DNA of 64,000 nucleotides, taken from the IMG/VR virus record IMGVR_UViG_3300021167_000376. One strand, given 5' to 3'. This DNA comes from an uncultured virus (IMG/VR IMGVR_UViG_3300021167_000376). Its lineage: Duplodnaviria; Heunggongvirae; Uroviricota; Caudoviricetes. Positions within the stretch are counted from its first letter, which is position 1, and every line of letters starts with the position of its first letter. The notes under the pieces were generated by a model. The model saw only the letters and a list, made by a program, of their open reading frames with translations. It was not told the origin of the DNA and did no database searches. Both the position numbers and the translations under genes were made by a program. Below are positions 9,029-18,327 of the stretch, in pieces.

Positions 9029-10171
9029 TCAGTCGGCGGAAGGGGATACGCGGGGAAGGCTGAAGTCGTAGATGTCGAGCATGGCTTCGTCACGGTGGCC
9101 GCTGGCGTCTTGTTTCTGCTTGCGGTCACCAGGGGTGTCGGTGATACCGCGACGCTTGAGGTCGTGCAAAGCGAAGCGCTGCTCCTCGCTAAGGACGCCC
9201 TCCTTGATCGCTCTGGTTATGAAGCGCTGCCAGGTGCTGTCCAGACTGCTCTTCTGCAGTTGCCCTCCGTGGGCCGCTACGATGATGAAGCGGCGCTCTG
9301 CTGCGGTTGGTATAGGGTGGGACTGACTGACCCAGATACGGCGCCTGTACGCTTTGGCTCCTTCCCAGGCAGCCCTGAGTCGAGGCGTCCAGCACACCAC
9401 GTTGTCACGGCTGCCCTTGCGTCTGTTCGTCTGGACTCCGTCTTCCAGCTCATTTGCATCGGTGAGGGTGACTGTCTCGATGCCGCGCAGGCGGCACAGG
9501 TAGGCCAGCTCCATCACGTAGCCCAGGTAGGCCGGGCATGCCCCCGGCTGCCCTCGCGTGAGCTGCCCCATTGCGTGCGCCCTTGCGATCAGTTCCCCCA
9601 TGACCTTTGGGTTCGGCAGGCGTCGCTGCTTGCGCTCGGCCGGCGCTTCGATGCCCAGTGCGACATTGATTTCCAGGTAGCCGCGGTTGCGGCCCCACTG
9701 CATGACTCGTCGCAAGTATCGAAGGACATGCGCGGCCTTGGACGGCGTCCCTTCGTCGGCGATCTGGTCGACCAGGCGTTGCACTAGAGCAGAGGTAAAT
9801 TTGCGCACTGAAAGTTCGCCGAGTGGCTTCTGCAGTTTGGTCGGGATAGCCAGCAGCACGTCGCGGGAGTACTCATAATCGTCGCGGGTTTTCTTTGCGA
9901 GCTTCTTGCATTGAGCGCTTGCGTGAAACTCCTTGCACAGGTGGTAGAGACTTTCCCTGTCGACTCCCTTCCTTTCCTCCATGATCCGGTGTAGGTCACT
10001 GAGGGTGGCGGTGCGGCCGGCGATGTTCATGCGCTTGCGGTTGCCACCTTCGTCTCGCCAGGAGGTGTACCAGGTGCCCCCCCAACGATGGTCAAAGAAA
10101 ACGGCCGCGGGGATAGCGGCCTGGTCGATGTGCTGGGGGATGTTGGGGTTGTTCTTCCTGGATCGCCTCAT
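9029..10171 (-). CDS. int: Phage integrase (tyrosine recombinase)
   Basis: LCRLRGIE, RRKGSR, HDLKRRG, SGH, IYD; adjacent to att. Confidence 0.9.
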   Translation of the reverse strand: MRRSRKNNPNIPQHIDQAAIPAAVFFDHRWGGTWYTSWRDEGGNRKRMNIAGRTATLSDLHRIMEERKGVDRESLYHLCKEFHASAQCKKLAKKTRDDYEYSRDVLLAIPTKLQKPLGELSVRKFTSALVQRLVDQIADEGTPSKAAHVLRYLRRVMQWGRNRGYLEINVALGIEAPAERKQRRLPNPKVMGELIARAHAMGQLTRGQPGACPAYLGYVMELAYLCRLRGIETVTLTDANELEDGVQTNRRKGSRDNVVCWTPRLRAAWEGAKAYRRRIWVSQSHPIPTAAERRFIIVAAHGGQLQKSSLDSTWQRFITRAIKEGVLSEEQRFALHDLKRRGITDTPGDRKQKQDASGHRDEAMLDIYDFSLPRVSPSAD

Positions 10172-10377
10172 AGAATCTCGACGCCGTACTGCTCCTGGGT
10201 GCCGGCTTTCAGCCCGCCGGCCTGGTTGATTAGCTCCACGGTGGTCCAGGGGCCGGTGCGGCCCCGGAAAATGCGGATACCCTGCTCGTGCAGGGTCCGC
10301 TCCACGTCTGCCCGTCGGGCATATCCGGTAATGCGCTTGAGGTCGTCGAATGTCAGCACGCGGGAGACTTCGCTCAT
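10168..10377 (-). CDS. Excisionase-like protein (DUF4224-type)
   Basis: LTFDDLKRITGYARRADVERTLHEQGI; overlaps the int start; paralog at 47074-47280. Confidence 0.7.
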   Translation of the reverse strand: MSEVSRVLTFDDLKRITGYARRADVERTLHEQGIRIFRGRTGPWTTVELINQAGGLKAGTQEQYGVEIL

Positions 10378-10455
10378 GGCAGGGCCTCCAGTGTACTGCC
10401 GACGGCCTGTGGCCACCGCCGAGAATCGCAGCTCCGGCCTTCTCGCCGTACGTCG

Positions 10456-10662
10456 TTACCCATGCTCCCTCCCTAGCCATTCATGGCGACGCCGCCACTG
10501 CTTGCGCATTTCCTCGATCAGTCGGGTGATGGCCTGCTCGCCCCGCTTCTTGAGGTGGGTTTCTTTCAGCTCGGCCACCTTCTCCGGCGTGGTGTTCCCA
10601 CGCCGGAGCCAGTACCGGGCCTCGCATTCCAGCATGTGCTGGCGTTCGTCCTGGTCAGACAA
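10456..10662 (-). CDS. Hypothetical phage protein
   Basis: ORF in the early operon with a GGAGG RBS. Confidence 0.6.
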   Translation of the reverse strand: MSDQDERQHMLECEARYWLRRGNTTPEKVAELKETHLKKRGEQAITRLIEEMRKQWRRRHEWLGREHG

Positions 10663-10801
10663 AACTCACCTCCACCCGGTCAGCCCGTGCCAGCATGGCC
10701 AGGGCGTTGCGGAATGCACGGGAATCACTGGGCGTACTGCTGGTATGGATAAGCGGCCGCCCTGGTTTGGTGAAGCGCAGATGTCTTGCACAAAGAAAAG
10801 G

Positions 10802-12481
10802 TCAGACATCAGTTACCCCCTGTTGCGCAACGCTCAGACCGACAGCCACCGGGCGGACCCAGATGGGCATGGCGTTGAGCATGAAGGTTTCGCCGGCTGC
10901 AGCCAGCAATAGGGTGGTGCCCATCACGTGGGCGATTGCTTCGGCGGCAGCCGGCGGCACCGCATTGCCGATCCGCTCGCGCCAGGCCTGATCGCTCAGG
11001 CCATCCAGTTCAAACTGCTCCTCGGGTTCGACGAGACTTTGCAGCGCGGCCAGCTCCAGCGTGGTGAATGGCCGGTGCCAAGTGCCGTCGAGGCTTTCGA
11101 TGACACAGGTCAAACGGTCGTTGGATTCCGGCATGCGAGGGTCAGCGACAGACCACCGACCATTGTCCTGCTTGGCACTGGCCGAAACGGCACCGCATTG
11201 GCTGTTCCAGTCGACAACACCGTAGTGCCCACCGGTGAGGTAGGCATCGCCCTTGCCGCGCTTCATGCCTGGGCGTGGGTCTTGAACCGCGAAAGCGCCC
11301 TGGCCCGTGGTGCTGCCCGAAATTACGGTGCGCGATATGCCATCCCACTGGGCCACGTTGTACTTTGCGTGCCCAATGCCTGGGTCGCGCGGGTCAGCAA
11401 CACTGAACGTGCCTTGCCCGGGCGACTTGACGCCGATAACTGCGCCGCTCGTTTCATCCCATCGACGGACGCCGTACTGCTGGTATTGCAAGGCGCCGGC
11501 CCTGGCCCGTGGGTCAGCGACCGAGAACTTGCCGTTGGTTGGTCCGCTACGAGCGGCGACGGTACCGGCGGTTTCGTTCCAGTCGTGCACGCCTAGGAAA
11601 CCGTCTCGAAATTGCGGAACGATTACGAGGTCGCGCAGGTAGCCATCCTCGATCGATAAGTCATTCAGGCAGCGCCAGTCCTTGCCGGCTTCGACCAGGG
11701 CGAGGCGAACCCACGTTTTCCATTGCAGAGCAGGAACGCGGTGCATTGGTCCCGCTGAATCGATATCGCCCGCCAGCGGCATGCGACCAAGGATCGAGCC
11801 GACCGACTTGAGCGTCTTCTTTTCCGGCTCATACAGGAACGGCGGCACCTTTTCGATATGGCGGGCTACCAGCAGGAAGCGCTTACGGCTCTGGGCAAGG
11901 CCACCGATGACGCCGCAGTCGTGGGTGGTTTCTGCGACGGCGTAGCCGAAGTGGCTCAGCAGCTTGTTGATTTGGTCCAGCAGTTGGCGGCCGCGAGTGG
12001 CCAGGCGTGGCACGTTCTCGAACACCAGCAGCGGGACGGGATCGTCTTTCCAGGCTTCGCCGAACAGCCAAATGCAACGCAGCGTCAACTCGTTGAGGGC
12101 CTGATACTTCGGTGTCTGACTCATTGTTTCGGACAAAAGGCCCGACGCGCCCTTGCATGGGCTGGAAATGAATACAGCGTCAGGGCGCTGGTAGTTCGCA
12201 GCTCGGCGGATGTCGTCGACCGTCGCTTCTCGCCAACCTGGTGGCGGCTCCTTTCCGTGGAAGCGGATGTACTGATCGCGAGTGAATAGGTCCAGCTGCG
12301 TGCCTTTCACACCGCTCAACCGTTCGAAGTCGGCCAGCCCGGCCGGGTCTATGTCGACGCCGCCTATGCACTCCCATTCACCTTGGACATTACCAACGAT
12401 GGGCTTGGCACGATTGAACCCTTTGGCGCCACCGCCGAGGCCGCAGCAAAAATGAAAGTGCTTGAGGGTACGCTTAAGCAT
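10802..12481 (-). CDS. DNA cytosine-C5 methyltransferase with a repeat-containing variable region
   Basis: FCCGLGG (motif I), SSPCKG (IV), ENV (VI), QSRKR (VIII), IGNAVPP (X). Confidence 0.9.
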   Translation of the reverse strand: MLKRTLKHFHFCCGLGGGAKGFNRAKPIVGNVQGEWECIGGVDIDPAGLADFERLSGVKGTQLDLFTRDQYIRFHGKEPPPGWREATVDDIRRAANYQRPDAVFISSPCKGASGLLSETMSQTPKYQALNELTLRCIWLFGEAWKDDPVPLLVFENVPRLATRGRQLLDQINKLLSHFGYAVAETTHDCGVIGGLAQSRKRFLLVARHIEKVPPFLYEPEKKTLKSVGSILGRMPLAGDIDSAGPMHRVPALQWKTWVRLALVEAGKDWRCLNDLSIEDGYLRDLVIVPQFRDGFLGVHDWNETAGTVAARSGPTNGKFSVADPRARAGALQYQQYGVRRWDETSGAVIGVKSPGQGTFSVADPRDPGIGHAKYNVAQWDGISRTVISGSTTGQGAFAVQDPRPGMKRGKGDAYLTGGHYGVVDWNSQCGAVSASAKQDNGRWSVADPRMPESNDRLTCVIESLDGTWHRPFTTLELAALQSLVEPEEQFELDGLSDQAWRERIGNAVPPAAAEAIAHVMGTTLLLAAAGETFMLNAMPIWVRPVAVGLSVAQQGVTDV

Positions 12482-12713
12482 AACGACGCCCCCTTGCTTG
12501 CTTCGCTGCAGCTTTGTCCGCGAGGAGCGCAGCCCATTCGGTGGACTTGCGCTGTTGACGCTGACGGCTGCATTTTTCATGTTTGCGCGTCGAACGTGCT
12601 TTCCCGCAGATATCGCAGATGCTGGGCAGATCCAGGCGGTGGCTAGCCATCGTCGGCCGGGTGCGTTCGGTGGTAGCCTTATCGGCGCTGACTTCTTGGG
12701 GGTTCACTTGCAT
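12474..12713 (-). CDS. Small putative Zn-binding protein
   Basis: CDICGKARSTRKHEKC; begins at a start-associated repeat. Confidence 0.6.
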   Translation of the reverse strand: MQVNPQEVSADKATTERTRPTMASHRLDLPSICDICGKARSTRKHEKCSRQRQQRKSTEWAALLADKAAAKQARGRRYA

Positions 12714-12771
12714 GGTGCTTCTCCTTGGGGTTGGTCGGTCTCGGAGGGTTGCCGCCCTCCGGGGCCATCTT

Positions 12772-13734
12772 TTATGCCGCCACGTAACCGGCGGCGGTCT
12801 TACTCAGCAGGCCGGCTTCGGCTGCCTTCTGCATCAGTCTGGTGGCTCGGTCGCTGCCTATTCGTAGAACCTTCGCGACCTGACGCACTGCTACCTTCGT
12901 TCCTCTTTCCGTGCTGGCTATGAGCTGCAGTAAATCGGTCGGCAGCCCTTCGCTAGCTGCTGGTACCTGCTCCGTTTTCTGGTGTTCCTGTTGCTGTTCC
13001 TCGGTCCGTTCCTGTTCCGCTGCTACTGGTACCAGGGCGCGTTCCTGCGCGGGTGCTGGACGTAGGGCGGAAAGGATCAGCGCCGGCACAATCTCCAGCG
13101 CCGCGGCGAAGCCGAGGCAGAGCAGGGTGGCCAGTTCAAGCGGCAGGCCCGCGGCTTTGGCTGGCAGGGCCAGCAGAGCGGTGAGTTCCTGGGAGGCCTG
13201 GTCCCGACGCACCTGGGCGCGCTCCCGCTCGGCGTCGATGCGTGCCATGGCGGCTGTCTCCAGCTCCAGAGCGCGGGTGACCATGCCTCGCTCGCGCAGT
13301 GCGTTGGCCTGTTGGTGGACGGCGGCCGCATCGCTGTCGAGCTGCCCGATGCGGGCGGCGTCTGCGTCGCGCTGCTCCACCAGGTCGATCTGGCGTTGTT
13401 CCTGGCGGGCCTGGTGCTCGGCGCGGCTGTTGATGATCGAGGACATGAGCCGGTCGTAAGTGGCCCAGCCGGAGACGGTGCCTAGGGCCAGCGCGCAAGC
13501 CATCATCAGCAGCGCGCACAGGGTTCGGCGCACGACCAGCAGGCCGAGGGCCAGCGGCCAGGCGATGTACTTGAACATATCCAGGACCACCGCCGCCGAG
13601 GCGAACAGGATGGCCAGCAGGTGGTTGTCGATCAGCGCGGCGATGGCCAGGGCCACCGAGATGGCGGTCACGCCAGCCAGTGCGGCGACCATGGCCAGTA
13701 ACGGCCAGCGGTGGTGTTGTTGTAAGTGGTGCAT
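12772..13734 (-). CDS. Membrane protein with coiled coil and C-terminal FtsK-gamma-like winged helix
   Basis: About 4 hydrophobic segments; C-terminus VRQVAKVLRIGSDRATRLMQKAAEAGLL. Confidence 0.6.
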   Translation of the reverse strand: MHHLQQHHRWPLLAMVAALAGVTAISVALAIAALIDNHLLAILFASAAVVLDMFKYIAWPLALGLLVVRRTLCALLMMACALALGTVSGWATYDRLMSSIINSRAEHQARQEQRQIDLVEQRDADAARIGQLDSDAAAVHQQANALRERGMVTRALELETAAMARIDAERERAQVRRDQASQELTALLALPAKAAGLPLELATLLCLGFAAALEIVPALILSALRPAPAQERALVPVAAEQERTEEQQQEHQKTEQVPAASEGLPTDLLQLIASTERGTKVAVRQVAKVLRIGSDRATRLMQKAAEAGLLSKTAAGYVAA

Positions 13735-13792
13735 GGTGCTTCTCCTTGGGTCAGGCCCTACCGAGTTGCCGCTCGGCGGGGCCTTAGTCTGG

Positions 13793-14182
13793 TCAGCGGA
13801 CGCGGACTTTCTTGCCGTCTTCAATCACGTACAGGTTTACGTCCGCCAGGCGGTATTGGCCGCCCGGTCCACCCGCGACGCAGTACAGACCACTGCGGTC
13901 GTCTACGACTCGAACAGGGAACGGGTACGGCCCCTGGTTTCTTGCCCAGGTCGCCTGGTGCGCGTATTTGCTTGATTTCTTGATTTCTGCGTACAGCTGC
14001 TGCCCCTCGGGACGTACGCCGTGCGGGCCGTGGGCCAGCTCGAAGCCTTCCCAGCGCGCCTGGGTGGTCGGGTCGACGTAGCCGGTGTCGGTCTCATTGC
14101 GCGCCGTCGGCCACTTGTTGGCGGTGGCCACATCCTCGAAAGCGAACAGCATGTCCAGGTCTGCGAGTGGTGTAGTGCTCAT
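13793..14182 (-). CDS. Hypothetical phage protein
   Basis: ORF coupled to the upstream gene; GC-rich third codon positions. Confidence 0.65.
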   Translation of the reverse strand: MSTTPLADLDMLFAFEDVATANKWPTARNETDTGYVDPTTQARWEGFELAHGPHGVRPEGQQLYAEIKKSSKYAHQATWARNQGPYPFPVRVVDDRSGLYCVAGGPGGQYRLADVNLYVIEDGKKVRVR

Positions 14183-14769
14183 GCGTGCTCTCCCAACTTG
14201 GCCACGCGGGCGGCTTCGTATTCGCTGGGCAGAATCTCCAGCGCGCCGCTGATCCAGCCGGACGTTGGTTTGCCGGCTGCGACGTTGGCTTCGTGTCGGG
14301 CCTGGTTGATATCGAAGCCGAGGCAGAAGTAGGCCACGCCCTGGTGCTCAAACTTGATGCCTCCACCGAGCAGCAGGTTGCCGGTGTTCACTTCGAGCCT
14401 GCCCCAGTAGTGGTGGACGTCCAGGCGTGGCGGGCAGTGTTCCTTCCACAACTCGCGAAGGCGCTCGTGCTCGGCCCGAATAGCTGCACGCTGCTCTTTG
14501 GTGATGCCCTTAGGGGGCACTGCCTGTTGGCGGAGGCTGCGGTAGCCGTACTCGTCAGGACGGCACCAGTGAACGTCCAGCTCGCGGCTAGCGGACAGCT
14601 TCACGCCGCCGGCGTAGTGGGAGGTGATGTCGCGCATCGGGGCGATGGCACCGCCGAACAGCTTGCCCAGCTCGGCCAACTGCTCATTCAGTAAGTCTTT
14701 CGCCTGGTAGTACTCCTGGACGATGGACACAACCTCTGGGGCTTCGGACTTGTAGAAGTAGTTCGACAT
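14179..14769 (-). CDS. Hypothetical phage protein
   Basis: 196-aa ORF with a GAGGGG RBS. Confidence 0.7.
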   Translation of the reverse strand: MSNYFYKSEAPEVVSIVQEYYQAKDLLNEQLAELGKLFGGAIAPMRDITSHYAGGVKLSASRELDVHWCRPDEYGYRSLRQQAVPPKGITKEQRAAIRAEHERLRELWKEHCPPRLDVHHYWGRLEVNTGNLLLGGGIKFEHQGVAYFCLGFDINQARHEANVAAGKPTSGWISGALEILPSEYEAARVAKLGEHA

Positions 14770-14779
14770 GGTTGTCCCC

Positions 14780-15052
14780 TCAGTTGGCCACGACGGCGTG
14801 GATGGTCAGGTTGCCCGGCAGGCGGCGCTGCAGGACCTGCAAAAGTGCAATCTGTTCTTCGCTGCATTCGTCGATGCAGATGACATTGGCGCCCCGATTG
14901 GCGAGCCGCCGTATCGAATGCTCCATAGCGGCCGTGGTGCAGTTGCGGCCTACCAGAATCTGGCGCTCGCTTTGCCCGTCGGCCTGGGCGATCTGGCGCA
15001 GGCGGATGGTCTTGCCGGTGGCGGGTGCGCCGCGTTCTACGTTCAGTTGCAT
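14780..15052 (-). CDS. Miniature P-loop-like protein
   Basis: GAPATGKT and VICIDE within 90 aa. Confidence 0.6.
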   Translation of the reverse strand: MQLNVERGAPATGKTIRLRQIAQADGQSERQILVGRNCTTAAMEHSIRRLANRGANVICIDECSEEQIALLQVLQRRLPGNLTIHAVVAN

Positions 15053-15105
15053 GGTGCTTCTCCTTGGGTTGGTTGCCCGGACGTTGCCGCGTCCGGGCGG
15101 TGGGT

Positions 15106-15246
15106 TTAGTGCAGTGCCACGGTCAGTAGAGACGGGGCGTAGTAGCCGGCCAGCGCGAGGGCCAGCAGGGTCAGGCCGCTGACGGCCAGGGTGACCAGCG
15201 TGTCGATGCGGTTGCTCTGGTAGAAGTGGTCGTTGTCGTCGTGCAT
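15106..15246 (-). CDS. 46-aa single-TM protein (absent from the ORF track)
   Basis: MHDDNDHFYQSNRIDTLVTLAVSGLTLLALALAGYYAPSLLTVALH*, following a start-associated repeat. Confidence 0.7.
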   Translation of the reverse strand: MHDDNDHFYQSNRIDTLVTLAVSGLTLLALALAGYYAPSLLTVALH

Positions 15247-15294
15247 GGTGCTTCTCCTTGGGGTTGATGCCGGCGTTGCCGCGCCGGGGTTGGG

Positions 15295-18018
15295 TTAAAC
15301 GAGCTGGAACAGCCAGCAGCGCACTGTCCTCGCGGAGCCGTGGGTGTCGACGGCGATGGCTGAGTTGATGGGCTTGTTGGTTTCCAGGAATTTCGGCGAC
15401 TTGCTGGTCTTGAGCACGCGCTTAAGGTCGCTGAGGTTCGGCAACTGCTGGCGCTTGTTGGCCGCTGTCTCGACGAACTCGTTGAGATTGATGGCGAAGA
15501 AGGCCGACTTGCGGGAATGGTTCAGCTTGCCGCCGGCATCGCCCAGAGGGCCGTTGAGGAACTCGACCATGTCCCAGAACTCGCGCACGAGGGGGTGGTC
15601 GGCGTTGATAGCTTCCTGCCGCTCCTGGGCCATGCGCGCTACTTCGGCGTGAACCAAATCGGCACGCTCATCACTCAACGGCACCACCAGCTGGAGGGCA
15701 TCCACCAGGCTGCGTAACTGAGCATGGTTCTTGGCGATACGCACGGTACGGATGCCCGGTAGGGCAAGCAGTTGCTGCTCGTAGCCGGAGGTGCGTTCGT
15801 CCAGCAGTTTGAGGACTTGAGCCTCTGGCTGCAGTGCTTTGATGAGAAAGCCGCTGAGCTGTTCGACCGGCATACGCTCCAGCTGCTCGGCGAACAACTT
15901 GGTTTCCGGCGTCTGGTGTTCGCGGGTCAGGTGCACATGGCCCAGACGCTGGAGGATCGGCTCTGAGGCGTTGACCGCGTTGTTCTGGGCGATCAGCAGG
16001 GCAGCCCGGAACGGTGGTTCGCGGGTGTCGTTGCCGTTGTTCTTCACGCCGGTGGAGCGCACGCTGCGCCCGTTGTAGGCGGTCTTGAGCTCGTCCCAGT
16101 CGAAGTGCTTCACCGGGGCGCCTTCCTTCTGCTCGCGCTCGGACTCGATCAGCACTACCGGCAGGTTGCCGACCTGGGCGAAGTTCCGCGCCCGACTGGC
16201 CGGGGTGGCTTTGGACGGGTCGAAGCCTTCGTACTCGGTGCGTCCGGTGGTTTTCCAGAGCAGCTCCACCAGCGTGGTCTTGCCGGAGCCGGCTTCGCCG
16301 ATCAGTTCCAAGAACAGGTAGGACTTATGTATATGGCGGATTTGCTCCGCGTACAGGGCTCCCAGCCACCAGGCCAGGACCACAACGCCGCGCACGCCGA
16401 AGCATTTCCAGAACAGTTCGAACCAGCCTTCGTTGTAGGCGCTAAGGTCTGGATTGATGTGCAGTACAGGTGATTGGCTCTGCGACTTCACGCTCAGCTG
16501 ACCGACGTCGAAGAAGTCCTCCTCGTTGAGCTTGTGCACCTTTCCGCCGGCGATGGCCAGGTCGTTGAACACGTAGGCGCCGTGCTCGCGGGTGTAGCCG
16601 ATCCAATCGATGGTGTTGACGGTCTTGAGGTTGTCGAGCTGTAAGCCGAGCATGCGCTCCAACTGCTGCGGGGTGCCGGTGAACATGGCTCCGTTGCACT
16701 CGTTGAGCAGACGCTTTTTAAACTCCGGTGCGGCAGTTATCTGCGAGGCGGTGAAGGTTGTCTTGATCGCCTGGGTGTCTGGTCGATCCACGCGGAAGTA
16801 GTACCAGGCCTCTTGGGTCACGTCGTTGCGCATGTAGTACAGCGCCTGGAAATTGCAGTTGGCGATGCGCACCACGGACGTACTTTGGCGCAGAGCCTTG
16901 TCCCGCCGTTGCTTGTCGCTGAGCAACTGATCTTCCTGGCGATCAGAGCCTTCCAGCTCGCGTGCGGCGCGCTCGTACTTCTCCAGGTCCAGGTGGAACC
17001 AGTACAGGCGGGAGCGGTAGGTAAAGTGGAATTCCTTACGCTCGTCCCACTCGTACATGAGCAGGCCCTTTTCCTCGGCCGAGTCAGCCAGCAGCAGGGC
17101 GCCCTGGTGGCGGGCCTCGTCGAGGTCTTGCTCGATGCGCTTGGCGCGCTCGTCGTCGCCCTCGATGAAGGTCCAGCGCTGATGCAGGTCATTCCAGTCG
17201 ACTTTCTTGGCGCCGCGCTGCGGGATGACAGCAGCCTCGCACTTGAAGCCCAGGGCGCGGGCCTCTTTGGCCCAGCGGCGCATGTTGGCCTTGGCCACCG
17301 GTTCGTTATCCAGCGCCCAGACCAGGCGTGGTAGGCGCTTGTCCGCTTCCAGGCATGCCTTCTTGAGGGCGCGTAGCGAATCCTCGGGGAAGGGGGCGCT
17401 GCTCATCATAGAGACGGCAGGGGTGTCGTGGTGCAGCAGGGCGATGGCGTCGAAGATGCCCTCGACAATGTACAGCTCGTCGACGTCCACCAGCGTGAGG
17501 GAAGGCGGGCACCACCAGACGCCTTTGTAGCTCTCGCCCGGTTTGAAGCGTGCCTTCTGCTTGCCGAATCGCTCGGGGCGGTCGATTAGCCTTTCCCAGT
17601 AGCCGCCTTTGTCCAGGGGGAAGCGCACGGTGGCGCTACCGGCGCCGATATCGCGGCTCCAGTAGTTTTCCTGGGTGAACCAGCCGTCAATGAGCTCAAG
17701 GCGGAAGCCCCGCGCAAACTGAAGGTAGGCGCGCGCGGTGGCGGTCGGTTCCTCGGCGGTGGACGGCGCCTGCTCGCTCCAGTCGTTGAACAGGTCGCTG
17801 TAGAGGTCCTTGACGTGGACTCGGTGGTTGCACGCTTCCGGCCGGCCGCAGATCAGCATCCATGGCGAGTCGTGGAAGGTGTATAGGGTGTTCTTGCCGC
17901 ACTTATGCGCCGGGCATCTGCCCTTGCGCATGTAGTTGGTACCGGTCATGTGCTTGAGACCGAAGTCGGACTCAATCCGGCGGAGCACCTCGCCCCTGAG
18001 TTTCTCTTGCATCGTCAT
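15295..18018 (-). CDS. Zn-finger/TOPRIM primase-helicase replication protein
   Basis: N-terminal CPAHKC...C...C; TOPRIM VEGIFD...ALDNE; Walker A GEAGSGKTT. Confidence 0.85.
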   Translation of the reverse strand: MTMQEKLRGEVLRRIESDFGLKHMTGTNYMRKGRCPAHKCGKNTLYTFHDSPWMLICGRPEACNHRVHVKDLYSDLFNDWSEQAPSTAEEPTATARAYLQFARGFRLELIDGWFTQENYWSRDIGAGSATVRFPLDKGGYWERLIDRPERFGKQKARFKPGESYKGVWWCPPSLTLVDVDELYIVEGIFDAIALLHHDTPAVSMMSSAPFPEDSLRALKKACLEADKRLPRLVWALDNEPVAKANMRRWAKEARALGFKCEAAVIPQRGAKKVDWNDLHQRWTFIEGDDERAKRIEQDLDEARHQGALLLADSAEEKGLLMYEWDERKEFHFTYRSRLYWFHLDLEKYERAARELEGSDRQEDQLLSDKQRRDKALRQSTSVVRIANCNFQALYYMRNDVTQEAWYYFRVDRPDTQAIKTTFTASQITAAPEFKKRLLNECNGAMFTGTPQQLERMLGLQLDNLKTVNTIDWIGYTREHGAYVFNDLAIAGGKVHKLNEEDFFDVGQLSVKSQSQSPVLHINPDLSAYNEGWFELFWKCFGVRGVVVLAWWLGALYAEQIRHIHKSYLFLELIGEAGSGKTTLVELLWKTTGRTEYEGFDPSKATPASRARNFAQVGNLPVVLIESEREQKEGAPVKHFDWDELKTAYNGRSVRSTGVKNNGNDTREPPFRAALLIAQNNAVNASEPILQRLGHVHLTREHQTPETKLFAEQLERMPVEQLSGFLIKALQPEAQVLKLLDERTSGYEQQLLALPGIRTVRIAKNHAQLRSLVDALQLVVPLSDERADLVHAEVARMAQERQEAINADHPLVREFWDMVEFLNGPLGDAGGKLNHSRKSAFFAINLNEFVETAANKRQQLPNLSDLKRVLKTSKSPKFLETNKPINSAIAVDTHGSARTVRCWLFQLV

Positions 18019-18027
18019 GGAGTTGCC

Positions 18028-18261
18028 TTACTGATTGGCGGCAAGGGCGGCTTGCAGCGCGCCAATGGTGCGTTTGTGGCCGGCAAGGGCCGGGTAGTCG
18101 TCGAGGATGCGGTTGCTGCGCAGGCCAGCCGGCACGGTGCGGTAGCGGTCGTCATACCAGTGCTCGGTCATGCTCCGGCGCAGCTCGGCGCGCAGGCTGC
18201 TGAGCAGCGCTTCAGCCCAGGGCTTGGGTAGGTCCAGCTGGATCGCAACGGCGTTTTGCAT
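18028..18261 (-). CDS. Hypothetical phage protein
   Basis: ORF with a GAGG RBS, in operon. Confidence 0.65.
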   Translation of the reverse strand: MQNAVAIQLDLPKPWAEALLSSLRAELRRSMTEHWYDDRYRTVPAGLRSNRILDDYPALAGHKRTIGALQAALAANQ

Positions 18262-18327
18262 GGCGCGTCCTCGGATTACGGATGCAACTTCCCCAAACCC
18301 ACGGGAGTGGGGCTGGGCGTTTGTGGG

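Larger units (their letters stand above)
12709..15287 (-). repeat. Four dispersed hairpin + 21-bp start-associated repeats
   Basis: TGCATGGTGCTTCTCCTTGGG at 12709, 13730, 15048 and 15242, each next to a stem-loop with loop TTGCCG. Confidence 0.95.

Noticed and set aside
12709..15287. CRISPR array or integron
   Set aside because: Repeats are separated by whole genes at irregular distances; there are no cas genes, no IntI, and no attC-type RYYYAAC/GTTRRRY ends framing the hairpins.
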